Source of the DNA: Escherichia coli
GTDB taxonomy: Bacteria > Pseudomonadota > Gammaproteobacteria > Enterobacterales > Enterobacteriaceae
Direction: 5' to 3' (one strand)
DNA: 64,000 nt
NCBI RefSeq assembly: GCF_030013205.1
Contig: NZ_CP122648.1
Position numbers and translations under genes: made by a program. This document shows, one piece after another, positions 11,464 through 24,913 of the stretch (its first letter is position 1; the number at the start of each line of letters is the position of its first letter). The notes below the pieces were generated by a model, which was not told the origin of the DNA, did not search any database, and worked only from the letters and a program-made list of their open reading frames with translations.

Positions 11464-12780
11464 TCAGTTAGTTGCCGTTTGAGAACGGAAACGGGCAAAG
11501 ATAAAGATGACTGCGAAGCAGAGTGCCGGGATCAGTTCGGCAGTGGGGATGTTGCCCGCTGCGTCACTGACAAACCCCATGACCGGAGTGACAATACCGC
11601 CGCCAATAATGGTCATAACGATGAAGGACGAACCGTATTTGGTGTCCTGGCCGAGATTTTTAATGCCCAGCGAGAAGATTGTTGGGTACTGAATCGACAT
11701 AAAGGCACTGCATAAAGTCAGGGCTATTAAGCCCACATGACCGCCAGCGAAGGCTGAGATCAGGCACAGTGCCATAGCGATTAATGCGTAGGCGGCCAGG
11801 ACTTTGTGTGGTGCGAAGCGACTGATGAGCCAGGTACCGGTGAAACGACCAATAAAGAAGCACACCATGGTTCCGGTTAAATAGTTAGCGGCAAAGCCTG
11901 CAGTCATACCTGGAATTTCTTCTACAGCGTAGCGAATCAAATAGCTCCAGCAGGCCGTTTGTGCGCCGACATAGCAGAATTGCGCTAATACCGCCCAGCG
12001 CCAGTGACGAATACGCGCCAGACGAGAAAGCGATGCGGAGAACGATCCTTGTTTGGCGTCACTGTGATTATCACTCTGCAATGCCGGGAATTTCGTCAGC
12101 ATGATCAGCAGGGCGACCAGTAACACGATAGCCACGATGATCATATAAGGTGTCTGTACCGATAATACCAGGCTGTGTTTATACGCACTCAATTGCTCTG
12201 GAGACATTTTATCGAGAACGTCTTGCGATTGATGTGGCACGTTAGACAAAATAAGACTTTGCCCAAAGACAACCGCGATAATTGCGCCAAATGAGTTAAA
12301 TGTTTGCGCAAGATTTAAGCGGAAGTGACCACTGCTTTCCGGCCCTAATACCGTAACAAAAGGGTTTGCGGCAGTTTCCAGACAACCTAATCCGGCTGCA
12401 ATAATAAATAGGCCAACTAAAAATAAGGTGTAGTTCATTATTTCTGCAGCGGGCCAGAATAATGCAGCGCCCAAGGCATATAAAAATAATCCGGTAATAA
12501 TCCCTGCTTTATAACTGAGTTTTTTCATCAATATCCCGGCAGGGATTGGGATAATGAAATAACCAAAGTAAAAGGCCGATTGGATCAGGCCAGCCTGGAA
12601 ATTTGTCAGCGTAAAAGCCTGCTGGAATTGAGGTAATAAAATGTCGTTAAGGTTATTGGCTACCGCCCAAAGAAAAAACAGTGAGCACAGCAGCGCGAAT
12701 GGAATAATGTAACTTCTGCTTTGCCCTGCATCTTTATCTACCGCACGGTAACTCTGCGTTTGTATTGATGTGTTTCCCAT
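11464..12780 (-). CDS. fucP: L-fucose:H+ symporter (MFS)
   Basis: 438-aa polytopic membrane ORF, recognised FucP. Confidence 0.95.
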   Translation of the reverse strand: MGNTSIQTQSYRAVDKDAGQSRSYIIPFALLCSLFFLWAVANNLNDILLPQFQQAFTLTNFQAGLIQSAFYFGYFIIPIPAGILMKKLSYKAGIITGLFLYALGAALFWPAAEIMNYTLFLVGLFIIAAGLGCLETAANPFVTVLGPESSGHFRLNLAQTFNSFGAIIAVVFGQSLILSNVPHQSQDVLDKMSPEQLSAYKHSLVLSVQTPYMIIVAIVLLVALLIMLTKFPALQSDNHSDAKQGSFSASLSRLARIRHWRWAVLAQFCYVGAQTACWSYLIRYAVEEIPGMTAGFAANYLTGTMVCFFIGRFTGTWLISRFAPHKVLAAYALIAMALCLISAFAGGHVGLIALTLCSAFMSIQYPTIFSLGIKNLGQDTKYGSSFIVMTIIGGGIVTPVMGFVSDAAGNIPTAELIPALCFAVIFIFARFRSQTATN

Positions 12781-13097
12781 AGCATCCTCTTAGGTTCAGA
12801 AGCTTAAGCACGTAATCGGTTATGTTTTCAAAAGTGCAAAACCAGCGAGTTCGGGCTTCATATCAGTGAATATTTGCCTGTCAGAAATGAACTCATGGAT
12901 TCATTTTCAAATAAAAAACGCTCTGTAATATGACGGCGGTCACACTTATTAGCTGGGAGGTGACTTTATGTGACTACCATCACTTTAATAATCGAAATTT
13001 CATGCCCGTTTCAGAAAATAAATCATAAAAAACACAAACCCGATGACCGTATTAATTGTTTGTGCCGAAAACGGGCATTTCTGGCGAGAGGGAATGG

Positions 13098-13141
13098 AAA
13101 AATGACCGTTTTGATAAATATTTTTAAGAGCGGTCATTTTT
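13098..13141. promoter_or_regulatory. inverted repeat in divergent fucPIKUR / fucAO control region (candidate operator)
   Basis: aaaaatgaccg-N22-cggtcattttt; a third ATGACCG copy at about 13043; lies in 546-bp divergent intergenic region. Confidence 0.3.
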
Positions 13142-13326
13142 AATGGGGTTATAAAAAGAGAAGTTGCAGTTATTTACTGTGATTAGTTGAACCAGGTCAC
13201 AAAATATAAGCTTGTGAATTTCTTTCTTGTTAATCAGGAAGAAGATGGTGGGTAATTAAACGGCTAATTCAATAGTGTGAAAGGAACAACATTATTGCCC
13301 TGTTTTGAATCAGAGAGAGGTAGCTA

Positions 13327-13974
13327 ATGGAACGAAATAAACTTGCTCGTCAGATTATTGACACTTGCCTGGAAATGACCCGCCTGGGACTGAACCAGGG
13401 GACAGCGGGTAACGTCAGTGTACGTTATCAGGATGGGATGCTGATTACGCCTACAGGTATTCCATATGAAAAACTGACAGAGTCGCATATTGTCTTTATT
13501 GATGGCAACGGTAAACATGAGGAAGGAAAGCTCCCCTCAAGCGAATGGCGTTTCCATATGGCGGCCTATCAAAGCAGACCGGATGCCAACGCGGTTGTTC
13601 ACAATCATGCCGTTCATTGCACAGCAGTTTCCATTCTTAACCGACCGATCCCCGCTATTCACTACATGATTGCGGCGGCTGGCGGTAATTCTATTCCTTG
13701 CGCGCCTTATGCGACCTTTGGAACACGCGAACTTTCTGAACATGTTGCGCTGGCTCTCAAAAATCGTAAGGCAACTTTGTTACAACATCATGGGCTTATC
13801 GCTTGTGAGGTGAATCTGGAAAAAGCGTTATGGCTGGCGCATGAAGTTGAAGTGCTGGCGCAACTTTACCTGACGACCCTGGCGATTACGGACCCGGTGC
13901 CAGTGCTGAGCGATGAAGAGATTGCCGTAGTGCTGGAGAAATTCAAAACCTATGGGTTACGGATTGAAGAGTAA
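13327..13974 (+). CDS. fucA: L-fuculose-phosphate aldolase
   Basis: 215-aa class II aldolase ORF. Confidence 0.95.
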   Translation: MERNKLARQIIDTCLEMTRLGLNQGTAGNVSVRYQDGMLITPTGIPYEKLTESHIVFIDGNGKHEEGKLPSSEWRFHMAAYQSRPDANAVVHNHAVHCTAVSILNRPIPAIHYMIAAAGGNSIPCAPYATFGTRELSEHVALALKNRKATLLQHHGLIACEVNLEKALWLAHEVEVLAQLYLTTLAITDPVPVLSDEEIAVVLEKFKTYGLRIEE

Positions 13975-14001
13975 TTTCGTAAAGCAACAAGGAGAAGGAT
14001 G

Positions 14002-15150
14002 ATGGCTAACAGAATGATTCTGAACGAAACGGCATGGTTTGGTCGGGGTGCTGTTGGGGCTTTAACCGATGAGGTGAAACGCCGTGGTTATCAGAAGGCG
14101 CTGATCGTCACCGATAAAACGCTGGTGCAATGCGGCGTGGTGGCAAAAGTGACCGATAAGATGGATGCTGCAGGGCTGGCATGGGCGATTTACGACGGCG
14201 TAGTGCCCAACCCAACAATTACTGTCGTCAAAGAAGGGCTCGGTGTATTCCAGAATAGCGGCGCGGATTACCTGATCGCTATTGGTGGTGGTTCTCCACA
14301 GGATACTTGTAAAGCGATTGGCATTATCAGCAACAACCCGGAGTTTGCCGATGTGCGTAGCCTGGAAGGACTTTCCCCGACCAATAAACCCAGTGTACCG
14401 ATTCTGGCAATCCCCACCACAGCAGGCACTGCGGCAGAAGTGACCATTAACTACGTGATCACTGACGAAGAAAAACGGCGCAAGTTTGTTTGCGTTGATC
14501 CGCATGATATCCCGCAGGTGGCGTTTATTGACGCTGACATGATGGATGGTATGCCTCCAGCGCTGAAAGCTGCGACGGGTGTCGATGCGCTCACTCATGC
14601 TATTGAGGGGTATATTACCCGTGGCGCGTGGGCGCTAACCGATGCACTGCACATTAAAGCGATTGAAATCATTGCTGGGGCGCTGCGAGGATCGGTTGCT
14701 GGTGATAAGGATGCCGGAGAAGAAATGGCGCTCGGGCAGTATGTTGCGGGTATGGGCTTCTCGAATGTTGGGTTAGGGTTGGTGCATGGTATGGCGCATC
14801 CACTGGGCGCGTTTTATAACACTCCACACGGTGTCGCGAACGCCATCCTGTTACCGCATGTCATGCGCTATAACGCTGACTTTACCGGTGAGAAGTACCG
14901 CGATATCGCGCGCGTTATGGGCGTGAAAGTGGAAGGTATGAGCCTGGAAGAGGCGCGTAATGCCGCTGTTGAAGCGGTGTTTGCTCTCAACCGTGATGTC
15001 GGTATTCCGCCACATTTGCGTGATGTTGGGGTACGCAAGGAAGACATTCCGGCACTGGCGCAGGCGGCACTGGATGATGTTTGTACCGGTGGCAACCCGC
15101 GTGAAGCAACGCTTGAGGATATTGTAGAGCTTTACCATACCGCCTGGTAA
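14002..15150 (+). CDS. fucO: L-1,2-propanediol oxidoreductase (lactaldehyde reductase)
   Basis: Iron-containing alcohol dehydrogenase; start set at MANRM (second of tandem ATGs 13999/14002) after AGGAG. Confidence 0.9.
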   Translation: MANRMILNETAWFGRGAVGALTDEVKRRGYQKALIVTDKTLVQCGVVAKVTDKMDAAGLAWAIYDGVVPNPTITVVKEGLGVFQNSGADYLIAIGGGSPQDTCKAIGIISNNPEFADVRSLEGLSPTNKPSVPILAIPTTAGTAAEVTINYVITDEEKRRKFVCVDPHDIPQVAFIDADMMDGMPPALKAATGVDALTHAIEGYITRGAWALTDALHIKAIEIIAGALRGSVAGDKDAGEEMALGQYVAGMGFSNVGLGLVHGMAHPLGAFYNTPHGVANAILLPHVMRYNADFTGEKYRDIARVMGVKVEGMSLEEARNAAVEAVFALNRDVGIPPHLRDVGVRKEDIPALAQAALDDVCTGGNPREATLEDIVELYHTAW

Positions 15151-15168
15151 ATGCGCTGATGTGATAAT

Positions 15169-15198
15169 GCCGGATGCGACGTTTGCGCCGTATCCGGC
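15169..15198. repeat. REP-like palindromic unit after fucO
   Basis: gccggatgcgacgtttgcgccgtatccggc. Confidence 0.5.
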
Positions 15199-15204
15199 AC
15201 GCCG

Positions 15205-17438
<2,234 letters not shown>

Positions 17439-17495
17439 AGGAAATACATCGCGTTAAAACGGAGGAAGCGCCGCCCGAAAGCGGCGCGAAAGGAC

Positions 17496-18785
17496 TTAGC
17501 TGAACAGAGAGTAGAAGATTGCGGAGATTGCAATCAGACCCATCACGACAACGAATACGTTGCTGATGTGACCGCTGTACTTACGCATTGCCGGTACTTT
17601 CTGAATTGCGTACATCGGCATCAGGAACAGGATCATCGCGATGATTGGGCCGCCCAGGGTTTCAATCATACCCAGGATGCTCGGGTTCAGGGTGGCAACA
17701 ATCCAGGTCGTTACCAGCATGAACAGCGCAGTGATACGGTTCAGCTTGTTGATTTCGATAGACTTACCTTTACCACGCAGAGATTTAATCACCATACCGT
17801 TGAAGCCTTCACGTGCGCCCAGGTAGTGGCCGAGGAAGGATTTGGTGATAGCGATAATCGCGATAATCGGAGCCATCCACGCGATAACCGGTGCGTTAAA
17901 GTGGTTAGCCAGGTAAGACAGAATCGAGATGTTCTGCTCTTTAGCCGCAGCCAGGTCTGCCGGAGTCAGGCTCAGTACGCAGCTGAATACGAAGAACATT
18001 ACGGTCAGCACCATCATGATGTGTGCGAATGCCAGGATCTTCGAGCATTTCTGTTCTGCCATATCGCCGTACTCTTCACGCTTCGCAACAGCGAAAGAAG
18101 AGATGATCGGAGAGTGGTTGAACGAGAACACCATTACTGGAATTGCCAGCCACAGGGTCATCCACAGACCGTTTCCGGTTGCCGATGCAGTGTCCAGAGA
18201 CAGCGTTTCCAGTGCTGCGCCGTTCCACTGCGGGATCAGGTACAGAGCCAGCAGCATCAGTACGCCAACAAACGGGAATACCAGAATACTCATCGCTTTA
18301 ACGATCATCTGCTCACCGAAGCGAACGATGGTCATCATACCCACGATCAGGATCAGCGACAGAATCGCACGCGGCGGTGGTGTCATACCCAGCTGGTGAG
18401 ACATGAAGCTTTCAACTGTATTGGTGATTGCCACGCTATAAACCAGCAGGATCGGGTAGATAGCGAAGAAGTAGAGCAGGGTAATCAGTTTACCTGCGCC
18501 AATACCAAAGTGTTCTTCTACAACCTCGGTGATGTCTTCGCCTGGGTTTTTACCAGACAGTACGAAGCGAGTCAGGCCGCGGTGAGCAAAAAATGTCATC
18601 GGGAACGCAAGGATAGCCATGATGATCAGCGGGATCATACCGCCAACACCGGCGTTGATTGGCAGGAACAGCACGCCCGCGCCGATTGCCGTGCCGTAAA
18701 GGCCCAGCATCCACATGGTGTCTGTCTTGCGCCAGGCACTACGAGAGTCTTTCGACGCAATCGTGCTGGTTTGAGTCGTTTCCAT
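17496..18785 (-). CDS. sdaC: serine:H+ symporter (HAAAP family)
   Basis: 429-aa polytopic membrane ORF upstream of sdaB. Confidence 0.95.
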   Translation of the reverse strand: METTQTSTIASKDSRSAWRKTDTMWMLGLYGTAIGAGVLFLPINAGVGGMIPLIIMAILAFPMTFFAHRGLTRFVLSGKNPGEDITEVVEEHFGIGAGKLITLLYFFAIYPILLVYSVAITNTVESFMSHQLGMTPPPRAILSLILIVGMMTIVRFGEQMIVKAMSILVFPFVGVLMLLALYLIPQWNGAALETLSLDTASATGNGLWMTLWLAIPVMVFSFNHSPIISSFAVAKREEYGDMAEQKCSKILAFAHIMMVLTVMFFVFSCVLSLTPADLAAAKEQNISILSYLANHFNAPVIAWMAPIIAIIAITKSFLGHYLGAREGFNGMVIKSLRGKGKSIEINKLNRITALFMLVTTWIVATLNPSILGMIETLGGPIIAMILFLMPMYAIQKVPAMRKYSGHISNVFVVVMGLIAISAIFYSLFS

Positions 18786-19341
18786 CTATTTCTCCTGGAG
18801 GAATGCAAATAATTCAGCTTTTAGCCAGTTCAGCCCGGGAAGGTGCCTGACCGTAAAAATGAAATCTGTCTATCGGCGATGGCTTAATCATTTACCGCCG
18901 TAATAATTTGAGGGCGGAAAGATACACACAAGTTATGTATCTATCAGTGATCTTGATCCCAAATACAATAATCTACTTGGAAGATAGATTATCCCAACGC
19001 TTTACTCTGTAAATCAAAAGTAAAAGAGAATTTAAGGGCAATATTTGCCCATTAAACGACATCTGACTTCTTCCGGGGCGCGCAATATATGTAGGTTGAA
19101 CTGAAAAAATCAATACTTTTAGTTAATCATGGCGATAATTTCTTTTTCATAGCGATAAAATGTGGTTTATGAAAATAGGGAAACGTTTGCGTTGCAATAT
19201 AAATTGTATGACATATTAACTGTGATGATATTTGTTGCGTGAGGGTGGTAAGAAACATTCATATAACAAATGAAATGAGTTGATGAGTAAGTGACCAAAA
19301 ACGAGAAAACCCGGCAACAAACGTCACCGGGGGAGGGGAGA

Positions 19342-20706
19342 TTACGTGCAGATTTCGTAGCAAGGGATGTAGGCTGAGCCTGGCAACTTCATACGATGCT
19401 GGGCAACAAAACCCTGTAGCAGGTCATCCATACGACGCATAATCTCTTTATCGCCGTTGATTTTATAAGGACCAAACTCTTCAATGGCGCGAATACCGAC
19501 TTCTTTTACGTTACCCGCCACAATACCGGAGAACGCACGGCGCAGGTCGGCAGCCAGCACTTCAACGGGTTGATCTGGGTAAAGCTTCAGATTAGCCATA
19601 TTCTCGTGAGACGGCTCAAACGGCATTTGCAAATCTGGCGCAATGCGCATTGACCAGTTAAAGCTGTAGGCATCGCCTGTGTCGCGGCGATTTTCTTTCA
19701 CCAGCGGCATCGATTTTTTCATCTGACGAGCGACTTCAGCGGCGTCATCAATGATGATGCGGTAATGGCGGCGCGCGTTTTCACCCAACGTATGCACGAC
19801 AAACTCGTCCAGTACGCGGAAGTAGTCGGCGCTCTCTTTCGGGCCGGTGAGGATCAATGGTAAAACCTGATCTTTGTTGGCCGGGTTCATTAAAATTCCC
19901 AGCAAATACAGCAACTCTTCTGCCGTACCCACACCGCCAGGGAAGATAATGATACCGTGAGCGATACGGACAAACGCTTCCAGACGTTTTTCGATATCCG
20001 GCATGATGATCAATTCGTTGACCAGCGGGTTAGGCGGTTCAGCGGCGATAATCGACGGCTCTGTCATACCAATAAAACGACTGTCTTTGTAACGCTGCTG
20101 TGCGTGTCCGACCGCAGCGCCTTTCATCGGCGCTTCCATCGCTCCCGGACCACAGCCGGTGCAGATATTCAGCTCACGCAGGCCCAGCTGATTCCCGACG
20201 CGACGGGCATACAAATACTCGTTTTCGTTAATTGAGTGCCCGCCCCAGCAGACCACCATATTTGGCGCTTCACCAACATGCAGCGCGCGAGCGTTACGCA
20301 AGATGGAAAAGACCAGGTTAGTGATGTGGACGGAGTTGTCGAGATTCAGGTTGGGAAAACGAACGGTGTTATGGATTTGCCCGTAAACGAAGAGAATGTC
20401 ACGCAGAACCGCGAACAAGTTGGCCTGCAAAGCGCGAATAATTCGCCCATCGACAAAAGCCTCTTCCGGGGGATTAATCAGTTCCAGCTTTACGCCGCGT
20501 TCACGGCGCAGGACGTTAATATCGAAATTTTCAAAACGAGACAGCAATTCTTTGCTGTTATCGGTCAAACTACCGGAGTTCAGTACGGCAAGTGAACAGT
20601 TGCGAAACAGTTGATAGAGGTCGCTGCTGGCGGTGCGTTTAAGCATATCCACTTCCAGCTGCGACAACATATCCATGGAGCCAAGCGGGCTAATATGTGT
20701 AATCAA
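19342..20706 (-). CDS. ppnN: pyrimidine/purine nucleotide 5'-monophosphate nucleosidase (YgdH, LOG-family)
   Basis: 454-aa ORF with LOG-type PGGxGTxEE motif. Confidence 0.9.
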
Positions 20707-20817
20707 GAAAAACTCCTTATGGGACGAATATCGTCATTCCCTTTGATTACAATAGCCCTGCCTGATGACCTTTCACAACCTTCTGCGTGAATCCAGCACG
20801 CAAAATTGAGAAAAAAT

Positions 20818-21666
20818 TTATTGCCGAACCAGTCTTGTGGTCGATGGGACAAAATCGCTATTACTGCGCCACGGGTTAATGTCCAGACCGCCACGACGGG
20901 TATAACGTGCGTAAACGCTCAATTTCTCTGGCTGGCAGAAGCGTAACAGGTCATTAAAGATGCGTTCCACGCACTGTTCGTGGAACTCGTTGTGATGACG
21001 GAAAGAAACCAGGTAACGCAGCAGTTTTTCTCTGTCAATTTGGCGTCCACGATACTGAATTTGGATCGATCCCCAATCTGGTTGATGGGTGATCAGGCAA
21101 TTTGATTTCAGCAGGTGGCTGACGAGCGTCTCTTCTACTACTTTTTCTCCACTGGTGGCATTCTCCAGATAGTCAGTAGTGAATTCATAGTTATCGATAG
21201 TGATATCCTGGTCATCAATGCAAGTGCCATTGAAATGACCTATCGGTTGGCCTTCCAGTTCATCAAGACGATATAACGCCACGCTAACCTTACCCTGAGC
21301 GCAAGTGCTTAAGTCGCGCTCCAGCGTCTGGCGCACCTCATCCCAGTTATTAAAACGCGTCTGGTTAAAACTGTTGAGATAGAGCTTAAAACTCTTCGAC
21401 TCAATCAGATTTGCGCTGGTGTAATCAAGTTCAACATGACCGACGGCGACCTGCGGCAAACCTTTCGCATTCAGCCAGGAAAGTTCATATAGCGTCCAGA
21501 TATCCGTACCGTGAAAAGGCAGGTTATCCGCTTTCAGACCCAGCGGATCGCGATTCAGACTACGCGGAACGCCTTGCAGTAGGCTGGCGTCATAGGTATC
21601 CCGGTAATCGGTTGATTTTCCAAGAGTCAGGCCCGCAAGTGCCTGATGGTTTGCATAAGAAGACAT
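20818..21666 (-). CDS. queF: NADPH-dependent 7-cyano-7-deazaguanine reductase (preQ0 to preQ1)
   Basis: 282-aa two-domain QueF ORF. Confidence 0.9.
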
Positions 21667-21733
21667 GTTTCACCGTCATAAACCAGATAAACTAAACGAC
21701 AAGTGTATCTGGTTTAAGTGAAGAGAGAAATTA

Positions 21734-22279
21734 GTGGACGATTTGACCGCACAAGCCCTGAAAGATTTTACTGCACGCTACTGCGATGCGTGGCATGAAG
21801 AGCATAAAAGCTGGCCGTTGAGTGAGGAACTGTACGGCGTTCCTTCACCGTGCATTATTTCAACCACCGAAGACGCCGTATACTGGCAACCCCAGCCGTT
21901 TACCGGGGAACAAAATGTAAACGCGGTTGAACGCGCTTTTGATATTGTGATACAACCCACAATTCATACCTTTTATACGACTCAGTTTGCCGGGGATATG
22001 CACGCGCAGTTTGGCGATATTAAACTGACATTGCTGCAAACCTGGAGTGAAGACGACTTCCGTCGGGTGCAGGAAAATCTGATTGGTCATCTGGTGACTC
22101 AGAAAAGGCTAAAATTGCCGCCCACGCTATTTATCGCGACGCTGGAAGAAGAGTTAGAGGTGATCTCGGTGTGTAATCTCTCCGGTGAAGTGTGTAAAGA
22201 GACGCTGGGAACACGTAAACGGGCGCATTTAGCCTCAAATCTTGCGGAATTCCTTAATCAACTTAAGCCTCTTCTGTAA
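21734..22279 (+). CDS. syd: SecY-interacting protein Syd
   Basis: 181-aa ORF, recognised Syd. Confidence 0.9.
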   Translation: MDDLTAQALKDFTARYCDAWHEEHKSWPLSEELYGVPSPCIISTTEDAVYWQPQPFTGEQNVNAVERAFDIVIQPTIHTFYTTQFAGDMHAQFGDIKLTLLQTWSEDDFRRVQENLIGHLVTQKRLKLPPTLFIATLEEELEVISVCNLSGEVCKETLGTRKRAHLASNLAEFLNQLKPLL

Positions 22280-22298
22280 TCCAAATACCCCATCTGGT

Positions 22299-22316
22299 TG
22301 TGAGAGATCTCTTACA
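22299..22316. promoter_or_regulatory. UvrY (BarA/UvrY response regulator) binding palindrome upstream of csrB
   Basis: TGTGAGAGATCTCTTACA near-perfect 18-bp inverted repeat about 190 bp upstream of the csrB 5' end. Confidence 0.7.
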
Positions 22317-22489
22317 GACTCTGTAGGAGATCGCCAGGAAATAAGCGAATACTTAAAAAGATAAGAATCGTTATTTTCATTTAAAATCAATATATTGCTT
22401 GTTAATCCTTAACTTTCATATGAAATTTTCCTTAAGGCATTGTCTGTAAGCGCCTTGTAAGACTTCGCGAAAAAGACGATTCTATCTTC

Positions 22490-22857
22490 GTCGACAGGGA
22501 GTCAGACAACGAAGTGAACATCAGGATGATGACACTTCTGAAGGACACACCAGGATGGTGTTTCAGGGAAAGGCTTCTGGATGAAGCGAAGAGGATGACG
22601 CAGGACGCGTTAAAGGACACCTCCAGGATGGAGAATGAGAACCGGTCAGGATGATTCGGTGGGTCAGGAAGGCCAGGGACACTTCAGGATGAAGTATCAC
22701 ATCGGGGTGGTGTGAGCAGGAAGCAATAGTTCAGGATGAACGATTGGCCGCAAGGCCAGAGGAAAAGTTGTCAAGGATGAGCAGGGAGCAACAAAAGTAG
22801 CTGGAATGCTGCGAAACGAACCGGGAGCACTGTGAATACAGTGCTCCCTTTTTTTAT
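22490..22857 (+). ncRNA. csrB: CsrB, CsrA-sequestering small RNA
   Basis: About 370 nt with numerous CAGGATG / AGGA repeats; ends with hairpin gggagcactgtgaatacagtgctccc plus T-run; 5' end approximate. Confidence 0.9.
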
Positions 22858-22900
22858 TCCTGCTATTCTTCGCGGCAGTTTTTCTTATTGAGGTTGCTTT

Positions 22901-23230
22901 ATGACCACTCATGACCGCGTTCGTCTCCAGTTGCAGGCGCTTGAAGCGTTACTGCGTGAACATCAGCACTGGCGAAACGATGAACCCCAGCCGCATCAAT
23001 TTAATAGTACCCAACCGTTCTTTATGGACACCATGGAACCACTGGAGTGGTTGCAGTGGGTGCTGATCCCGCGAATGCACGATTTGTTAGAAAACAACCA
23101 GCCGTTACCGGGCGCTTTTGCCGTTGCTCCCTATTATGAAATGGCGCTGGCGACGGACCACCCGCAACGCGCGCTTATTCTGGCTGAGCTGGAAAAACTG
23201 GATGCTCTTTTTGCGGATGATGCGAGCTAA
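22901..23230 (+). CDS. yqcC: DUF446 protein YqcC
   Basis: 109-aa ORF; stop overlaps truC start (TAATG). Confidence 0.85.
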   Translation: MTTHDRVRLQLQALEALLREHQHWRNDEPQPHQFNSTQPFFMDTMEPLEWLQWVLIPRMHDLLENNQPLPGAFAVAPYYEMALATDHPQRALILAELEKLDALFADDAS

Positions 23231-24012
23231 TGCTGGAAATACTCTATCAGGATGAATGGCTGGTTGCGGTAAATAAACCCTCCGGCTGGCTGGTTCACCG
23301 CAGCTGGCTGGATCGCGACGAGAAAGTAGTGGTCATGCAAACCGTGCGTGACCAGATAGGCCAGCATGTGTTTACTGCTCATCGTCTGGACCGACCAACT
23401 TCTGGTGTGTTGTTGATGGGATTATCCAGCGAGGCCGGACGGCTGCTGGCACAACAGTTTGAACAGCACCAAATCCAGAAACGTTACCATGCGATTGTGC
23501 GCGGCTGGTTGATGGAAGAAGCAGTTCTGGATTATCCACTGGTGGAAGAACTGGACAAAATCGCTGATAAATTTGCCCGCGAAGATAAAGGCCCACAGCC
23601 AGCAGTGACGCATTATCGCGGTCTGGCGACCGTAGAAATGCCGGTAGCGACCGGACGTTACCCGACCACGCGCTACGGCCTGGTGGAACTGGAGCCGAAA
23701 ACCGGACGCAAGCACCAGCTCCGTCGCCATCTTGCCCATTTGCGCCACCCGATTATTGGCGACAGCAAACATGGTGATTTACGCCAGAATCGCAGCGGTG
23801 CTGAACATTTTGGCCTTCAGCGGTTAATGTTGCATGCCAGTCAGTTGTCATTGACGCATCCTTTTACTGGCGAGCCGCTGACTATTCACGCGGGCCTGGA
23901 CGACACCTGGATGCAGGCGTTATCACAATTTGGCTGGCGCGGTCTGCTTCCTGAAAATGAAAGGGTTGAGTTCAGTGCGCCATCGGGTCAGGATGGAGAG
24001 ATAAGTTCCTAA
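23230..24012 (+). CDS. truC: tRNA pseudouridine(65) synthase
   Basis: RluA-family pseudouridine synthase with HRLD catalytic motif. Confidence 0.9.
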   Translation: MLEILYQDEWLVAVNKPSGWLVHRSWLDRDEKVVVMQTVRDQIGQHVFTAHRLDRPTSGVLLMGLSSEAGRLLAQQFEQHQIQKRYHAIVRGWLMEEAVLDYPLVEELDKIADKFAREDKGPQPAVTHYRGLATVEMPVATGRYPTTRYGLVELEPKTGRKHQLRRHLAHLRHPIIGDSKHGDLRQNRSGAEHFGLQRLMLHASQLSLTHPFTGEPLTIHAGLDDTWMQALSQFGWRGLLPENERVEFSAPSGQDGEISS

Positions 24013-24029
24013 TCCAGGGAGAAAACGGT

Positions 24030-24479
24030 ATGGCGGAAATTGGTATTTTTGTCGGCACCATGTACGGAAATTCGCTGTTAGTGGCGGAAGAAGCAGAAGC
24101 AATTCTGACCGCACAGGGCCACAAAGCAACGGTATTTGAAGATCCTGAATTAAGCGACTGGCTGCCCTATCAGGATAAGTATGTTCTGGTGGTTACGTCC
24201 ACGACCGGGCAGGGCGACCTTCCTGATAGCATTGTGCCGCTCTTTCAGGGAATCAAAGATACCCTGGGCTTCCAGCCGAATCTGCGTTATGGCGTGATTG
24301 CGCTCGGCGACAGTAGTTATGTGAATTTCTGCAATGGCGGCAAACAGTTCGATGCCTTGTTGCAGGAACAGAGCGCTCAGCGAGTGGGAGAAATGCTGTT
24401 GATTGACGCCAGTGAGAACCCGGAACCGGAAACGGAATCAAATCCGTGGGTCGAACATTGGGGCACGCTGTTGTCCTGA
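24030..24479 (+). CDS. yqcA: flavodoxin-like protein YqcA
   Basis: 149-aa ORF with flavodoxin signature (SxTGxxE-like, [10 protein letters not shown]). Confidence 0.85.
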   Translation: MAEIGIFVGTMYGNSLLVAEEAEAILTAQGHKATVFEDPELSDWLPYQDKYVLVVTSTTGQGDLPDSIVPLFQGIKDTLGFQPNLRYGVIALGDSSYVNFCNGGKQFDALLQEQSAQRVGEMLLIDASENPEPETESNPWVEHWGTLLS

Positions 24480-24531
24480 TACGTTCAGCGAGCGGTAAAT
24501 GCCGTTTTAGCGGTGCTGAATCGAATCTTTT

Positions 24532-24588
24532 CAGGCAAATGCCAGTAAAAACTGCTTCATAGCGCGGATTTTTACTGGCGTTTGCCTG
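24532..24588. other. long inverted repeat (about 20-bp arms) downstream of yqcA
   Basis: caggcaaatgccagtaaaaa-N18-tttttactggcgtttgcctg, one mismatch; no T-run after it. Confidence 0.4.
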
Positions 24589-24913
24589 GAGTCAAGCGAT
24601 CCATTTCATACTCTTCTTTATTTCTTCGTTTTAACCCTTCCTTTCTTGTTCTTGTTTTCATTTCCGTGAAGTGGATTCCACCGTCCAGGGCTAATGCCAA
24701 AATCGGGCCTCATTGAACGCATTAATGTTGTGTTGTTGCACGGTGAGCCACTATGGCGCGCTTTTTATACTGCTATTGCCAGATATAAACACGCGCCGTA
24801 TTCGGCGAACGACCTATAAAAACGGCAAAAAACACCCTACGTCACCTCTGATTTCCTGGCGATGTCGCAGTCCAGAGTGAGCGTGGCTAACGCGAATTTT
24901 CAGGAGTGCAACA

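Noticed and set aside
13178-13201. TGTGA...TCACA palindrome as a CRP site in the fuc control region
   Set aside because: Half-site spacing is 14 bp, not the canonical 6 bp
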